Source: Octopus sinensis (Eukaryota). From it: a DNA stretch of 64,000 nucleotides. Position 1 is the first letter of the stretch. Every line of letters begins with the position of its first letter. Below are positions 38,547-52,161 of the stretch, one piece after another. The stretch covers positions 114,328,001 through 114,392,000 of the forward strand of contig NC_042997.1 in the NCBI RefSeq assembly GCF_006345805.1, in the 5' to 3' direction. Under the pieces are notes generated by a model. It was not told the DNA's origin and did not search any database. It saw nothing but the letters and a program-made list of their open reading frames with translations. The position numbers and the translations under genes were made by a program.

Positions 38547-40703
38547 ACAGGCTTCTTTCAGTTTCTATCTACCAAATCCAGTCACAAGGCTTTGGTCAGC
38601 TTGAGGCTATAGTAAAAGACACTTGCCCAAGGTTCCACACAGTGGGACTGAACCCAGAACCATGTGGTTGGTAAGAAAGCTACTTATCACACAGCCACTC
38701 CTGCACTTCCCTATAATGGTAACAGACATACTTAAGCTGATTTTTTAGTATATTAACCGTTTGTTTTTCATTAATGTTAATTATTACTTCTATAAATCAA
38801 CAGAAGATACAAAACTAGAATTATCATTTAATGTCTTGGGATTTGCATTTAGTTTATTAAACTAATAAAAGTCTTTTTTATTTTAGCAAAATCATTTTAT
38901 TGCTGCCTGTGTTTATTTTACTTAAACTATATAGTAAAAGAACTAAGATAATAATAAATGGCTTTTGAACACATTAACAAGACTCAAAAGTGGATGTCTA
39001 AAGATCTAAGACAACACTACTGTATGCAGTGGGCATATAAACTTAAGATTCATCATCATCATCATTTAATACCAATGTTCCATGCTGGATGGTCTGACAG
39101 GATCCACTGTATCCAAGGACTGCATCAAGCTCCATTGACATGGTTTTCATGACTGGATGCCCTTCCTAACACCAAACACTTTTTTTCAGTACAGGCTGGG
39201 TGCTTTTTTTCATGCCACCTGCATTATTGAAGTTTGCAGGACTATGAGCTCTGGGGGAGGTGAGGGAGCAGCTTCCTACTAGACAAGGAGATTCCTATGA
39301 AAGGTGGGCAGAGCAGGTTCCTGCAGAGGGATTTGCAGGGCTATTATTATTGATGAAAATTCGAATGTCTCCTAAACATTTCTATAGCAAATTTGAACCA
39401 ACTCACAAATTCATAATTTTCATTTCATTTACCTCAATTCAATGAGCAAAAACCATCAAATAATTAACTCAGAAAAGATTTCTTCTATATCTTATTTTAA
39501 TTAGATACTTTTCTCTCACAGTTAATGAAGAATTGTGAAAGACAAACAATTGGTTTAGCTTGTAACAGCATCGTGTATTTATTAATTCAACAATGAATTA
39601 GTCAACAGGTTGGGCTAAATTAGTAGAACAAGCTATCATACAGGTTTTTCGTTTTCTTCTTTTATGCAAGAGCTCATGGATAAACTAAGAGTTGCTACAG
39701 TAACAACTATTCAGAGGACTAACAGATTGGAAATGAACAGAAATAACAGATCAATGAGCAGGAAATACCTTTTGGACAATTATAAATAAACTGTTTCTCC
39801 CGCCATGCGACTACCAAAATATTTAAAAATATAATATGGATTATAGTATGAAGATGTTTTAATCTGAAGTAGAATGCATATAAAAATTATTACACATCAC
39901 TAAAAATGTGTTACTGATGATTTACATTATTTTAAAAATTATCTTATTTTATACTAAGATGTTTGTTATATAAAGTTAATGTCCTTTGCCCAGTTTTCTT
40001 TGAGGAATAGATCATATATATGGACATTCTGTGGAATGTTATGTTGTACATTAGATATATTACTAAAATCATCTAAAACATTCTCATTATTATTAAAAAT
40101 CATTAAACATTATGTATTTCTGAATGACAGTATGTGTTAGATTGTTGGATCTACAAGTAATAGTGACGAAGTTGCATAAACAAGTTGAAATAGTTCCTAT
40201 TTTTAGCTAAGTTAACTGAAGCAGAGAATAATGTCTTGTTTAAGAAGCAAGTACAATGGTATCATTAACGGCAGAGTTTGATACTGAAACAGTACCAACT
40301 GTACAATGGTCTAATGAAATTGTCAACTGGAAAACAAGTTTTGCTAAATGTTACAAATATTGTATTTTATAAAGGGCAAAGAACCTCAATCTTAAGATAT
40401 ATTCTTTTTTACTCTGGGAACAAGGCCTGAAATTTTGGGGGAGGAGACCAGTCAATTAGATCGACCCCAGTATGCAACTGGTATTTAATTTATTGGCCCC
40501 GAAAGGCTGAACAGAAAAGTCAACCTCGGCGGAATTTGAACTCAGAACATAAAGACAGACGAAATATCACTAAGCATTTCACCCGGTGTGCTAACGTTTC
40601 TGCCAGCTTGCCACCTATCTTATGATATATTGCAACCATATATATTCATTTCTCTGCTAAGTTCCAAAGTAGGTCAATTAGTTGAAAACTACCTCCTAAT
40701 TGT

Positions 40704-41020
40704 GAAGGCGCATAGCTTAGTGGTTAGGGCATTCGGCTCACAATTGTAAGATTGTGAGTTCGATTCCTGGCGATGCAGTGTGTCCTTGAGCAAGACACTT
40801 TATTTCACATTGCTCCAGTCCACTCAGCTGGCAAAACTGAGTTATTTCAAAGGGCTGGCCTTGTCACACTTTTTGTCACACTGAATCTCCCTGAGACCTA
40901 CGTTAGGGGTACATGTGTATGTGGATTGTTCAGTCACTTGCACGTTAATTTCATAAGCAGGCTGTTCCGTTGATCGTATCAGCTGGGACCCTCATCATCG
41001 TAACCGACAGAGTACTCCTA
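40704..41020 (+). mobile_element. tRNA-headed SINE (family D)
   Basis: Head gcgcatagcttagtggttagggc...gagttcgattcc followed by gtgtccttgagcaagacactt. A related copy lies at about 49025-49270. Confidence 0.65.
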
Positions 41021-41394
41021 TTTACCTCCTAATTACAATATAACCATTCACTACTATGCTTGGCAACAAAATCTGTTCCTTATCCATCCATCCCATTTAT
41101 GGAAGCAACTTCTCCCCCATCTATATTCCTTTTTTTCTTGAGAAATAAACAAATGTGAAATAGAGAAACAGGCATGTCTATTGTTGAATAATATTTCATA
41201 TCAAACTGCACTATCATAACCCAAGCATACCTGCTCATGTCCTCCACTAGAGCACAACAACAAGCAGAAACTAACAAAATGGCATGGTGTCTTAAAAAAG
41301 CAGACCAAATTATTGTAAGTTTATTGATTTATGTTTGTTTTCAAAGACTTACAGTTGCCTTTAAGTAAATGATAATTCAATTAAAAAGAATCAA

Positions 41395-41402
41395 CACACA
41401 CA

Positions 41403-41457
<55 letters not shown>

Positions 41458-41478
41458 ACACACACACACACACACACA
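41395..41478. repeat. (CA)n microsatellite
   Basis: Read directly from the sequence. Other simple repeats occur at 13806-13852, 14227-14300, 38474-38545 and 59545-59655. Confidence 0.95.
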
Positions 41479-43663
41479 GAGAGAGTCAACCAAAGGCCAC
41501 AAAAGAGTCTAACTTTAAGAAATTTGTTTTAATTACATTTTGAAATTTTATTTGTAATTTACAAGATGTGATTTTTGTCATACCTAATGTACATATATTT
41601 CCTATAGATAGGTATATCTACAGTATATGGGGTATATTCTGAGTCTTTCTTTAGTAGAGGACTTTTCTACAATAGTGAATGCGAAGTTTCTCACGGAGAT
41701 GATGAAGTTTGATCTACTTTTAATATACAAAGGTTCAATGTTCATTTACTTGAATCCTTGACATATGCAAATCATCTTTCAAATGTCTTCTACTATATCT
41801 TAATCATCAGAATATTTTGGTCCTGGTCACATTGTCCTAACACTGCAGTTTGTTAAGAACAAGACTAGAAGCCTGTTTTTATGCTTCCTTAGCATATTTA
41901 TTCTGATCTTCTTGTTGAAAAATCTTAAAAAGCTCTACACACTTGACAAAGTAAGTAAACTGAGAAGGATCAGTGTTTTCACTGTAACTTAAGAGTGGAG
42001 GTACTCAATAGAAATTATGACTTTGCATTTCACCGGTCATGGTGGCTTTTCCTTTCTAACTGCGAGCTACTGTTCATCATCATCATCATTTAGCGTCCGC
42101 TTTCCATGCTAGCATGGGTTGGCTGGTTCAACTGGGGTCTGTGAAGCCAGAAGGCTGCATCAGGCCCAGTCTGATCTGGCAGTGTTTCTACAGCTGGATG
42201 CCCTTCCTAACGCCAACCACTCCATGAGTGTAGTGGGTGCTTTTTACGTGCCACCCGCACAGGTGCCAGATGGAGCTGGCAACGGCCACGATCGGATGGT
42301 GCTTTTACGTGCCACCGGCATGGGGGCCAGGCGAGGCTGGCAACGGACACAAACGGGTGGTGCTTTTACGTGCCACCGGTACGGAGGCCAGTTGGGGTGG
42401 CACTGGCAACAGCCATGATCAAATGGTTTGCTTACTTGTCACCGGCACTGGTACCACAGCTGCAATTTCCATTGATGTTGATCGACTTCGATTTTGGTTC
42501 TGCTTTCTGATATCTGATTTGATTTGGTTTGATTTTGATTCTGATTTTGTTCTATTTCATTATTGTAGTCCTTGACAGAATTGGAATGTCCTGTAAGGAA
42601 CACAGGCCTGGGCAAAAATCTATTCATATTGAAATCACCGATTATTCTATCTCATATTTTAGCTTTACTGGGGTCCAAAAGAAAGGTTTCAGGAACAAGT
42701 TTCACCTTAGTACTAATGTGTCTGTAGAAATTGCTGGAAGAATATCATAATTGAATAAGTTTTTATAAGGGTTTCAGTCTTAAATTCTGCTAGGCTTTCA
42801 CAGCTAGTAAGGCTATTTATACATGACTGTATTCACTCTCTATTTGTATAACATTATACAGTAATTTATACATCATATGTATATATAATGATTGATGTAT
42901 ACAACATTATACTTCAAACATTATATATACAAATGATGTATACAGACATCTCCATATGCACACATACATACATAGATAATACATAAACACAAACACATAT
43001 ATATATACAATAAATATACATACTTTATATTTGTCTAAGTAAAGGTTACTTAAGAGATGTACAAACTACCACCCATGAGAGAATTTCAAAGTATTAGAGA
43101 GTAAATACTCAACTCATGTTGTTGATATACAAACATGCAATCGAATAATCCAAACACCCAGGAAATTTGTATTTAGATTCAGCACATAGAAAAACTATTT
43201 AAAGCTGTATTTACTCTTCACTACCTACCAACTAGTCATTGACACCAGATAGAATTACCAGTTTTGGGAAATTATAAATAGGGGGGAAAAGGAACTGGTT
43301 ATCAACTAAAAACAAACAAACAAAACTTATGATGTAAAAACTTTATGAAGGAGATCTTTTATAATCTTCAAAAAAAAAAAAAACCAAGTTATCAAAATAT
43401 TTTTATTTACATTTGAAAATGTTCAGATAATTGAATTTATTTTGGTGGATGGAGTTATAATTGCTTTCATGAATATAAAACAAATTGAAACAAAATGTGC
43501 ATTAATTTCTAGTTTGTGCAATAAAAGTGCAAGATAGCCGAGTGATTAAAATCCTGAATCCAAACTTTATTGACAATAGGTGACGTATGCCACTGTGAGT
43601 CAAATGAATTTAAAAATACTAAAAAATAACTAATTTTTTGTTTATTATATTTTTCTGTATGAA

Positions 43664-44000
43664 GGCACATAAAAAGCACCATTTGAGTGTGATCATTGCC
43701 AGTGCCATCTGACTAGCTCCCATACCGGTGGCACATAAAAAGCACCATTTGAGCGTGGTCATTGCCAGTACCAGCTGACTGGCCCCATATTGGTGGCATA
43801 TAAAAAGCACCATTTGAGCGTGGTCGTTGCCAGTACCAGCTGACTGGCCCCATATTGGTGGCATATAAAAAGCAGCATTTGAGCGTGGTCGTTGCCGATA
43901 TCACCTGACTGGCTGCCGTGCTGGTGGCACATAAAAAGCACCATTCAAGCATGGTTGATGCCAGTACTGCCTGACTGGCCCTCATACCAGTGGCACCTAA
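43664..44000. repeat. Minisatellite of five 65-66 bp units inside a SINE-like element
   Basis: aaaaagcacc-type anchors at 43671, 43737, 43802, 43867, 43933 and 43999. Confidence 0.88.
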
Positions 44001-45496
44001 AAAGCATCCACTGTACTCTCAGAGTGGTTGGTATTAGGAAGGGCATCCAGCTGTAGAAACTTTGTCAGATCAGATTGGAGGTTGGTGCAGCCTTCTGGCT
44101 TGCCAGCCCTCAGTCAAACCATCCAACCCATGTCATGACGGTGATGATGATGATAAATGAAACAATAAAATGGATGGTCATACAGGGATGAATTTGTGTC
44201 CTTACAGAATGAAAACATAAACACTAGTTAGTTTATAGCAGTGTTAGTCACTAATAACCCTATAGCGTCTTTCAAAGATATCAATCACTTAAGGAACAGT
44301 TATTATTCTGCTTGGAGATAAAGATTTATAGAAGACACAATGTCCAGTTGTGGAAGCATTGCTTCAATGTACACCAACTGGAAAACAGCTTAAAATTGAA
44401 TGTCTGTATTTATAGGGGTCAAAGCAAACCCATATGAATCAAAACTCTCATAAGTTATAATAAGTGTACTCTTTCCCTTTTTTACAATGTTTTCAGTTGA
44501 AGTGATGACCAGACATTTGTAGGGTTCAAGAATTTGTTATAGTCACTGAATAACCTGAAAAAATTGGTCTTTCTTTAAACATCACAGATATAATTTAGAA
44601 CAACATAGGGAGTGCTTATCTGTGTGCAGAAGACTACATGCATACCAAATACAGCCCAGACAGTATGTAGATAATCTGGAATGTTCTTGAAGGAATGCAC
44701 TTTCTTGAAAATGGCTCATTCAAATTTGGCAGGGTAGAAAGAATATTTTGTGACTGAAGAAATCCATGACACTGATCCTAACAAAGTTAAAGCAACTAAA
44801 ATAAAGAGTTTCATGAAGACACCTACTTTGAACAACTGGATCAGACTTGCAGGCAGTCTAAAAGGGATCACCTGAGATTCAGTTCAGAGCTCACCACTGT
44901 GATGACTGTTTTGGAATGTGCAATGATACAGTTCTGGAACCACATGTCATTTCATGACAGTTTCTATGATTTGATCAGAAGAGAAATGTGCAAAGCTTAA
45001 GACTGACCACTACATACAGATGTGATAACCAAGTGAAGTATTTTTGTGGCATTGTTACCAGCGTCGCCTTACTGGTACTTCTGCCCCATGCTAGTAGGGT
45101 GATAAGAGCACCATCCAAGCATGATCATTGCCAGAGCGGCTAACTGGCTTCCGTGCCGGTGGCACATAAAAGGCACCATTCGAACATGCATGATCGTTAC
45201 CAGCGTCGCCTTACTGGCACTTATGCCAGTGGCACGTGTAAAAACATTCGAGTGAGGTTGTTGCCAGTACCGCCTGACTGGCCCCTGTGCCAGTGGCACG
45301 TAAAAGCAACCACTACACTCTTGGAGTGGTTGGCATTAGGAAAGGCATCCAGCTGTAGAAACTCTGCCAGATCAAGATTGGAGCTTGGTGCAGCCATCTG
45401 GTTCGCCAGCCCTCAATCAAATCGTCCAACTCATGCTAGCATGGAAAGCGGATGTTAAACGATGATGATGATGATGATTGGACGAATTGGTTTTAC

Positions 45497-45775
45497 TAGC
45501 TATAGATGAAGTAGATAATGGAATGGAGTACAAGTCCTAGTAAATTATCTAAGTAGTACCTGTGAATTTGGTACCTGTTGTTGCATCCAATCACTAGTTC
45601 TGCCCATAACTATAGTGGAAGCAGAGGAGGAATCCTTCTCAAGCATACTGGATGCACTGTTTTAATAGACAGAACTAGTGACCAGATGCAACAACAGGTA
45701 CCAAATTCACAGGTCCTACTTAAATAATCTACTAGGATTTTTACTCCATTCCATTATCTACTTCATCTATAGCTA
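45497..45775. repeat. Fold-back element (106-bp arms, 67-nt spacer)
   Basis: 45497-45602 against 45670-45775 shows 8 mismatches in 106 by hand alignment. Confidence 0.9.
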
Positions 45776-48112
45776 AAAAAAGCCAAGTCATTGATAAGGA
45801 AGCTCGAAACAAGCAATCTATGTGAAAGCTAGTTACTTTCTGTGAGTCTGTGGGAAATGACTACCCAACCACCAGGAAGGCCATTGCAAGTAACAGAAAA
45901 AATCAGGCTCGTGTATCAGAAGCCTTGATAAGGAATTTTATAATGACCCTTCAAAAAAATTCAGTCAGACTTGCCACAAAGAAACATCAACAATATTTGA
46001 AGAATCAATACCTGGACTATGGTGATTGATAATACAGTTTGATGTTCTTAATACTGTGCTCATTTTTATGATTGTACAAGTAATTCTGTTCCTCTGTAAT
46101 ACAAGTTTTTATGTATATGACAGAAACTACATGGTTGAGTAAATGCATGAATCTTTGAAAGTGAATGTAGTATTATTAGTGAAGATATCATCATCATTTA
46201 ACATCCATCTTCCATGCTGGCATAGGCTGGACAGTTTTGATAGCTGGTAAGCCAGAAGGCTACACCAAGCTCCACTGTCTGCTTTAGAATTTTTTTTATG
46301 GCTGGACACCCTTCCTAAAGCCAACCACTTTACAGAGTGGACTGGTTGCTTTTTATGTTACACCAACATAAGTGGTGGCCAAGATAACATGGCATCAACA
46401 CCAGTAAAGTCTATCTAGTTAGTTCCTATTATAAATCCCACATGAAGAGTATAATAAGGACTTTTATTTGTTACTATTTCACACAGTCTTTAATATCAAA
46501 TGCATTTAAACTGTTCTGCATTATTTTCTAAAACTGAAAACTAATTGGGAATTACTAATTAGATACCTCTCCTTGATTTCAAATTTATGATAGGATGCAT
46601 TGAACAGCTAATTTATAATAGTAAGGATTGAGCAGGTATTATTTAACAACCTTTTCCAATAATTCCAAAATAATTAAAACCACTTGTACTTCTAGCAAAT
46701 TGCAAAGACATCATAATACATGCTCAATATGATTTAAGACTTACAATGCTTACTAAATCATTTAAAAAAATTTAATTTGATTTAACTGCTGTTGAAATTA
46801 ACTTTCAACTGTTACAAACTCCAAATTAACTACTAGACATAAGTGATACAAGCACAAATCTGAAACAGACAAGAAAAACCAGCCCTCTAAAGGGATTTGA
46901 ACTACAGTTCTGTTACTTGTTGGACAGCTGGGTTACTGTTTACACTACAGAGCACAAACCAATCCCTCTCTTACTAATCAAGTCCTTATATCTATTTTTC
47001 TACTTGTTTTCTTTCTTTACTTTTTCTCTTTCCTTAACCATGCTATTTTTGTCTCTATTACTTCTTCAAAACTTGTACAAAGTTGTTGTTTTTTTTGTTA
47101 TATAACATTAATAGCAACACAATAAATCAAGTTAACTTGTTTTCAATAGTTCTTCAGTTGCTGAATTAATTCAAACATTACAATTTAGGTTTTTTGATAG
47201 TATACTGAGCCACTTGAAATATGAGGAGAACTTCTTTCCCCCTACCCTTTTTTATAGTAATTTGTAACTATTTTCCGCAGTAACTCTTTGAATGCCATTA
47301 CCAAAAGAACAAATAACTTTGCTGTAATTATTACAATAATAAACTGTACGGTTTCAAAACAAATTTATCTGAGAATAATTATGTAAAAGTAATTAAAAAC
47401 AACTTGATATTATTTTTATAAAATATTAAAAAAAGTAAAGGGTTTTAGAAAACTTATAATTTTTTAATTTTTATGAATTTCACAATTGTGTTTTTTAGTT
47501 TAACACTTTAGCATTTAATTTGACCATATCAGACCCAAAATATTCTACCTGTATTAGGTTCAAACTGGCCAGATCCAGCCTCTTACACCTACACTACAAT
47601 GTTATTCTAGAAATATACAATCACAGCATCGAAATCTTGAAGTTATGAGATAGTGTGGCATTAATTCGAAACAAAATGATTAAACAAGAATTACATTTGA
47701 CAGAATAATCTGAATGCTAAAGGGTCAAAATACATTTGAAATCTTGTTACAGTTTCAGAAATAGTATTTGAAGAGAGGCATGCAAATATAAATGCAGCTG
47801 AGTTGGCAGAGCTGTTTTAAAATGTGTTTTAATTTTAAAAAATCAATAAAAATTGATTATCAATTAAATCAGAAAGGCAACCAAATTAAAACTTAATTGA
47901 AACAATGTTGTAATTTTAACCAAATTAATAAGGAGATACATCATCATCATCATCATCATCATTTAACGTCCGCTTTCCATGCTAGCATGGGTTGGACGGT
48001 TCAACTGGGGTCTGGGGAGCCCGAAAGCTGCACCAGTCCAGTCAGATCTGGCAGTGTTTCTACAGCTGGATGCCCTTCCTAACGCCAACCACTCCGAGAG
48101 TGTAGTGGGTGA

Positions 48113-48381
48113 TTTTATGTGCCACCGACACAGGTGCCAGACGAGGCTGGCAAACGGCCACGCTCGGATGGTGTTTTTTATGTGCCACCGACACAGGTGC
48201 CAGACGAGGCTGGCAGACGGCCACGCTCGGATGGTGTTTTTTATGTGCCACCGACACAGGTGCCAGACGAGGCTGGCAGACGGCCACGCTCGGATGGTGT
48301 TTTTATGTGCCACCGACACAGGTGCCAGACGAGGCTGGCAGACGGCCACGCTCGGATGGTGTTTTTATGTGCCACCGACAC
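48113..48381. repeat. Minisatellite of 4 full 62-63 bp units plus a partial unit, inside a SINE-like element
   Basis: Unit ttttatgtgccaccgacacaggtgccagacgaggctggca(a/g)acggccacgctcggatggtgtt. The copies are nearly identical. Confidence 0.93.
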
Positions 48382-51300
48382 GTTTGGAAAAAGTGCATTT
48401 AGATATGGAGTACTGTAGAGTCTCATACTGGCAATACAGAGTTGATAAGCTCGAATCAACTGAGCAATTAGTAGACAAAAACTTCCTTTAGGAGTGTTTA
48501 AAATCTTAAAAAGCAAACAAGGGAAATTAACTCCCATAAGATCAGTTGACTTAAGTTTTTGGACAATATAGGCAATGCAATTTGGAGCAGATCTGATTTT
48601 TAAAGTCAACTTGTGAAAGTAATGGACATGTTTCAGTCCTGTTAGACCTCCTTAGAAAATTCTACTCAGTCAGCATGACTAAGATTGATCAATATGTGTA
48701 TAGAAAAGGGAGAATGTAGTAAAGCTGATTATGAATATTAACAATATAGCTGAGGGAAAATACTTGTTTACTAAATACAAATACAGTAAGGTCCAAATAA
48801 AGTGAGATGAAAAACTCAATTATCAAGTGAGATTATCCAAGCAATTTGGCTACAAGGAATAATTTGAATAAAAGTATTCTGTTTAGGTTTAAAAGTGAGA
48901 AAATTTGTTCTAAGAAATTTGCTCAAAATTTGTTCAATTCAACAAAATGAAGTGGTATTTATATTTTATGTAATCAATAAGGAATCTAAGATATATGTAA
49001 ACTTTTATTTGGAATTGAACGGATTACTCTCAGCAGTTAGGTAGTTTGATTCATGATCAAAAGAGTGTGGGTTCAATTCCTGGACGAGGCAGTGTGTTGT
49101 GTCCTTGAGCAAGACACTTCATTTCATCCTGATTGAACTTACTCAGCTGTGAATGAGTACCAACCAAACGCTTATACAACTCTCTTCCATTCCAGCTATC
49201 ATATACTGGATGTGCTGTTGGGTCAAAGGTGACGGTGCTTGAGAGGGCATCTATGACTGCTTGCAACTTCAAAGGCAGCTAAAATAATTAACGAAAACAT
49301 AGCACATGCTACTAAGCTATACTTGCACACAGGTAATAGTTGGCTGTACTTATCTTTGCAGTATTAAATGTTGGTTCCTTATAGAAACTTTTCTAAAGCA
49401 TGATGAATTAATCACCTTCATTTTACAAAATTAATACAAGGATATCTAAAAAAGTTCAAAATTTGAAAGAAAGGGTAGCCAAAAGATATTTGACGGTAAT
49501 ATGGCTTTGATTGTGGAATAAATTAACAGAACTGCTAAACCAAAGGCCCACAGCCAATTAACACCTTTAATATTTAACTGAATCTCAAATGAAACCAATA
49601 GTGAATCAACAGTTTAACTCTGTTGAGTATACTTGTGTGAATAGTTTGTTACTCTAATTCATGATTTACTGTGATACAAAATTGGGATAACCAGAGATAT
49701 AATATTCTGCAAATCCATCCATCTGATGGAAAACATATGATGATAGATAAAAGCATACAAGTTAAAATAAATTTTCTTCCAGGTTTGATAATAATATCAA
49801 CAAAATTTTAGTATAAGGAGTAGGAATACAATTTTATTTTACCCTTCATAAGCTCATGTTAAATGGAACTATAAAAATAAAATTATGAAAAAATTTAAAA
49901 CAGAAATTTATGGGCTATAAACTTCACAAGAAATTTTATAAATTAATATTAGTATTTGAAAATTTTGATAATTTTGAAATAAATTCAACATCCAGTTTAA
50001 GATGTATTAATATGTACAGTAATTGGTTGGAGAATTTAAATATGGAAAAACAATTTTACTGCAAGAACTGGAGAACTTATTTTTGAAGATGAATATCTAT
50101 TTCTGATTTTAATTTTGATCAAAATATAAAATATTCAAAATAAATGAATAAATAAATAAAAATGAAATCAGAAAAAAATTTAGTTCTTTGCTTAATCATA
50201 AATTAATTGAAAAATCAAATATATTTTTACAATGATAAAAATAGTCCAAAAAATTGAAAATACAAACTGGGTTCATTTAGAAATCAACATGTTGTTTGTT
50301 TATATTAAGCATATTTGGCTCTGAAGATAAAATACAAAAAAATACATGCAAAAAGGAAGTGGTTACTTTTAAGTTTACCTTATTTACAACTTTTATAAAA
50401 TCTTCCCATTTTTTTGATGAAATAAAAACCTCCTTTACAGGACTAGTTGATTTTTTCTTGTATTTGTAAGACCACTTCATCATGGTAATTTATCAACTGT
50501 GATTACTAATAATCAGTTTTATAAAATAAGGAACTGGTTCTGTCTGAAGCCACAAAAAAGTTGATATTTTTTGTGTTAGAATCTGAAGTATCATCAACAG
50601 AAAATGAAGCAAAGGCAAAATATACAGTAAATGTAGGATAGGTTTGTCTAGACTGTCAACCATCTCAACAGAATTGTTAACTGTTGAACAGTCAGTCACT
50701 CCTCCAGCCAGCAGTCTGTGTATCATTGATAGGCTTTAGATAATGCAGGTAACCCAGGAGAAAGACACTGCTGCTGATTTAATAGTTGTTACAAGTAGTA
50801 CTCAACATATATAATGAGGTGACATAGGAGTTGGCCTCTGAAAATGCAAGTGATATTGACTACTTAAATATATTTCATTTAAAAATATGATTTTTAAATT
50901 ATAATTTACAAAAGTACACTGAATTATATTTCTTACTAAAATCATTGTTAAAAATCACCTAAAATAATACCAACAAAAAGTGATACAAAGCAAAATAATT
51001 CTAAAGAATATAACAAAAACATGTAATATTTATGAGAGCATAAAAGCAAAAAGATTCCCCACAATCTTAGAAATAATGCATTTCTGAAATACATTTCATT
51101 ATTAAATAGGCTGCTACGGAGGTGAGCTGGCAGAAGCATTAAGCATGCTGGGCAAAATGCTTAGTTGTGGTTTTTCTTCTGGTTCTAAGTCCTGAGTTCA
51201 AATTCCACCAAGGCCAACCTTGCCTTTCATCTTTCAAGATTGATAAAATAAGATAAAATAAAATACCAGCTGAGTACTGGGGTTGATGTAATCAACTAGC

Positions 51301-51819
51301 ATGCTCCTACCAAAATTTAGGGCTTTGTGCCTATAGTTGAGAGGATTATTAAATAAGGTACTAAAACATCCATTGCTAAATAGAGTCTATATATAAAGTG
51401 AAAAAAAAAAAGTATTAAAAATGTATTTGTTTGCAGTCAAGGAACAACTATGATCATGTTCCGGTCTATTAGCCATCATCTGCAGAATGCAGTCAACTCA
51501 AAGTTGCTTGATAAGTTAGTTGACAAAGGATTTTACACATAGAAAAGCTTCACAAATAATTTATATCTATTTCTTTTGTGTGTGTGTTGCTCTGCTGACA
51601 ATGATGGGTTTGTTAGTTTAGTACAGCAGGGAAATGTGTAACCTTGTGATTTTATTTTCAGTTGCAGCTGACACCAACTTGATTCAAATAAAAAGTACTG
51701 TATTCACCCTCAGTACAAACTGATTTTGTATATAATGTGACCCTCCACATGAATGAATAAAGAGACATTACTGATTTTTAGCTACAAAATACAACCCCTG
51801 TGTACTACCACAGCAAAGG

Positions 51820-52161
51820 TGGAGGTATTGTTTCCAGTTGTGTTTGTTTGTCCGTGGACAAAATATCTCAAGCACTGCAGGATGGATTCGGATGAAACTT
51901 TCAAGGGTGTTTCACCTTGTGACTGGCACAAAATGATTAGATTTTGGGATCGATCCAGTACCGGACAAGGATTTTGGATTTTTTTTCCGTTTTCTTTTTA
52001 CTTAATTTTTGAGAGCGGTCAGATTCATTGTCAGTATTCTCATTTGTGAGAGCAGTCAAATTTATTTCAGATATTCTCATTTTAAAAATCATCTCCGGCT
52101 AATCAGTGAGAGGATATTGGAGTTGTCTTGGCAGAGGTCTGCACTCTCTGAATGCTCTTGT
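51820..52161 (+). mobile_element. Helentron/HINE-like non-autonomous element (degenerate)
   Basis: 5' ...caaaggtggaggtattgtttc and 3' cttggcagaggtctgcactctctgaatgctcttgtt ends resemble this class as I recall it. Confidence 0.45.

Noticed and set aside
45789-45815. ttgataaggaagctcgaaac as a fourth hammerhead
   Set aside because: It has two core mismatches, essentially no stem II and no matching stem I.
48113-48381. Regular array resembling CRISPR
   Set aside because: The units are tandem copies with no unique spacers, there are no cas genes, and the context is a eukaryotic intron.
47963-48491. Overlapping repetitive ORFs, with similar ones at 3035, 36445, 42119, 43713, 45153 and 53163
   Set aside because: They arise from the GC-rich SINE family A core and its tandem units, and show no protein-family signature.
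50277-50726. Two adjacent minus ORFs ending near AAG|gtaaac as a candidate exon
   Set aside because: Low-complexity AT-rich translation with no TPR similarity and no convincing acceptor.
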